A stretch of 8,967 nucleotides of DNA from NCBI GenBank assembly GCA_018985225.1, contig JADGIF010000416.1, positions 1 to 8,967 on the forward strand, in the 5' to 3' direction. A model generated the notes under the pieces. The model did no database searches, was not told where the DNA came from, and was given only the letters and a program-made list of their open reading frames with translations. A program made the position numbers and the translations under genes. Of this stretch, positions 7,240 through 8,967 are shown piece after piece (position 1 is the stretch's first letter; every line of letters begins with the position of its first letter). The stretch is from Amoeboradix gromovi X-113 (taxonomy: Eukaryota; Fungi; Sanchytriomycota).

Positions 7240-8215
7240 TTATTCCACGTGAACCATGGCCTCCTTTTGTTCTTCTTGCAATTCCTTAATTGTGGCTGCC
7301 AAAGATACGTTGCACTTGACATCAGCGACAGTCCAGGTACCATTCTTTATATGGACGGGCAAAGAAAAAATCAAGCCATTTGGAACACCAAATACGTTGT
7401 CGGATGTATAGACAGCCATTGATGTGAATTCATTACCAGAGGTACCATGGTGGAGCATATAAATGTGATCAGCAATGGCCTTTGCAGCAGACATAGCAGA
7501 ACTCAACTTACGGGCCTTGATTACAGCAGCACCTCTTGTAATCACAGTAGATAGAAACTCGTTGTTTAGCCAATTGGGGTCAACCATATCTTTCACCAAT
7601 TTGTTGCCATCAACAACATAAGCATTGGAAGGATCAGGAACCTGCGTATTGCTGTGATTGCCATAAATGACTACGTTCTTTATTTTATCAGCTGTGGTGT
7701 TTAGTTTCAATGCAATTTGAGCCTACGTTACTTAAGTGTACCTTGGCACGATTCTCATCTAACTTAGTTAAGGCGCTAAAATTAGCTTTTGGAATTGTTT
7801 TGCAATAATGAGATGCTACTAGTGCGTTTGTGTTAGCAGGGTTACCAACTACTAGCACCTTGCACGTAGGTTTAGCATTGTTGAGAGCAGTACCTTGAAT
7901 CTTAAATATTCCGACGTTCGCTTTCAACAAATCTTTACGATCCATTCCTTCTTTTCGTGGCATGGCTCCAACTAGAATCGCATAATCTATATCTTTAAAA
8001 GCTTCATTTGGATCAGATGTTCCTACTAACTTACCTGTGAATGGCAACGCCGAATCATACAACTCCATAATTACTCCATTTAAACTTTCCAATGCTGGTG
8101 CAATCTCCAATAGATTCAAGTCTACCTTCTCTTTAAACACCGATCCATTGAGTAAATGACTTAACAATGCATATGAGATTTGTCCTGCTGCTCCAGAAAC
8201 TGCAATTTTTACCAT
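7240..8215 (-). CDS. MDH1: Cytosolic (MDH1-type) malate dehydrogenase, 2 exons complement(join(7240..7722,7742..8215)), 318 aa
   Basis: GAAGQI, GAMPRKEGMDRKDLL, VVGNPANTN, LDENRAK|AQIALKL across the splice, catalytic GNHS, RGAAVIKARKLSSAMSAA. The symbol refers to the animal-type cytosolic MDH1 clade, not to yeast MDH1. Confidence 0.95.
7723..7741 (-). other. 19-nt spliceosomal intron (phase 0) in MDH: GTACACTTAAGTAACGTAG
   Basis: GT...AG ends with TAAC-G-TAG. Removal gives NRAK-AQIALKL, matching the conserved MDH1 motif with no gap. Confidence 0.93.
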
Positions 8216-8890
8216 AATGTTTTGTCCTTCTCCTCTCTAAAATACTTTGCTTCAGAGAAATAAAGATTTTGCACAAGGAACTGTCAAGTTCGCATATATT
8301 TCAAGCCTGTGTTCAATACTGACATAGCCTACAAGCAACTTTATATAATCACATTTAATTTTTAAATAATTAAATAAGCTTGTCAAGTCCTTGGATAGAG
8401 TACTAACTTTCAGTTCTAGAGCTCCTATTGCTTAGTCCATGAGACTCTCGCTGAAAAGTATTGGACCCTAGAGGTGCTTTTCAAATAATTCATTCGGCTT
8501 TTTAGATATATTAGTAGTAAATTTATCATGTTGCGTGGCTAACCTGCGTATCTCTCAACACTTATATCTTTGAATATGGCAAAGATTAATATAACCATCA
8601 TAAGCGAATCAAGGACAGGAAATGTCGTACTTTCTTGTCTTCTGTTGCACAGTCTCTGTCTGTTTCTTTATGGAACATCTTAGTATTCTCGAAAAACAAG
8701 AGGGACATCAAATATAAAAACTGGACTAACTTTCTGTAACAACTTGGAACATTATTTCAGCTTTATTACTTTATGGATTCAAGAGGCGAGTGGACATTCA
8801 GCTAGTTGCAGAGTTGACGAGTATAAAAGGAAAATAAATATTCTGTACAGTTATTCTCTTACTCATCCAATCTTTATTTCAAATAAACCT

Positions 8891-8942
8891 CTGATTCATA
8901 GTACTAATTCATAGTACTAATTCATAATACTGATTCATAATA
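8891..8942. repeat. Tandem minisatellite, 4 x 13 bp, consensus CTRATTCATARTA
   Basis: Contiguous units CTGATTCATAGTA / CTAATTCATAGTA / CTAATTCATAATA / CTGATTCATAATA. Confidence 0.9.
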
Positions 8943-8967
8943 GGGTATATTTTCATTTAATCTTGCA

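Noticed and set aside
7688-7741. MDH and PABP as frameshifted pseudogenes, split genes or programmed frameshifts
   Set aside because: Both breaks are resolved by GT-AG 19-mers sharing TAAC-N-TAG, and catalytic or domain residues are intact.
8401-8413. Canonical TACTAAC followed by TTTCAG
   Set aside because: All three downstream frames close quickly and the spacing differs from the two supported introns.
8891-8942. CRISPR array or telomeric repeat
   Set aside because: Units are contiguous with no spacers, the context is eukaryotic, and there is no G-rich telomeric strand.
1-8967. Stop-codon reassignment (TAA/TAG = Gln)
   Set aside because: Conserved proteins have no internal TAA/TAG after splicing, and five of six end at TAA near the expected C-terminus.

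Overview
AT-rich, very gene-dense eukaryotic DNA in the standard genetic code (five genes end in TAA, one in TGA). The proteins look like those of an early-diverging fungus or fungal relative (inference). In order: the probable 5' end of an unknown gene (-), a minimal Rim15/Cek1/Greatwall-type AGC kinase (-), a small single-TM 'FQxxVLYPWH' protein (-) head-to-head with a divergent PIC2/SLC25A3-type mitochondrial phosphate/copper carrier (+), RRP7 (+), poly(A)-binding protein (+) and an MDH1-type cytosolic malate dehydrogenase (-). The main result is that PABP and MDH, each shown as two ORFs in the ORF track, are each interrupted by one 19-nt GT-AG intron with the same layout (GTA...TAAC-N-TAG). 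Removing them restores the reading frame, the conserved MDH motif and the PABP MLLE domain. This points to an ultra-short, possibly fixed-length intron system. Other points of interest are the tightly linked YPWH/carrier pair with an E-box in its 92-bp shared spacer, paired charge loss in the carrier, AATAAA at or next to stop codons, and structured non-coding islands.
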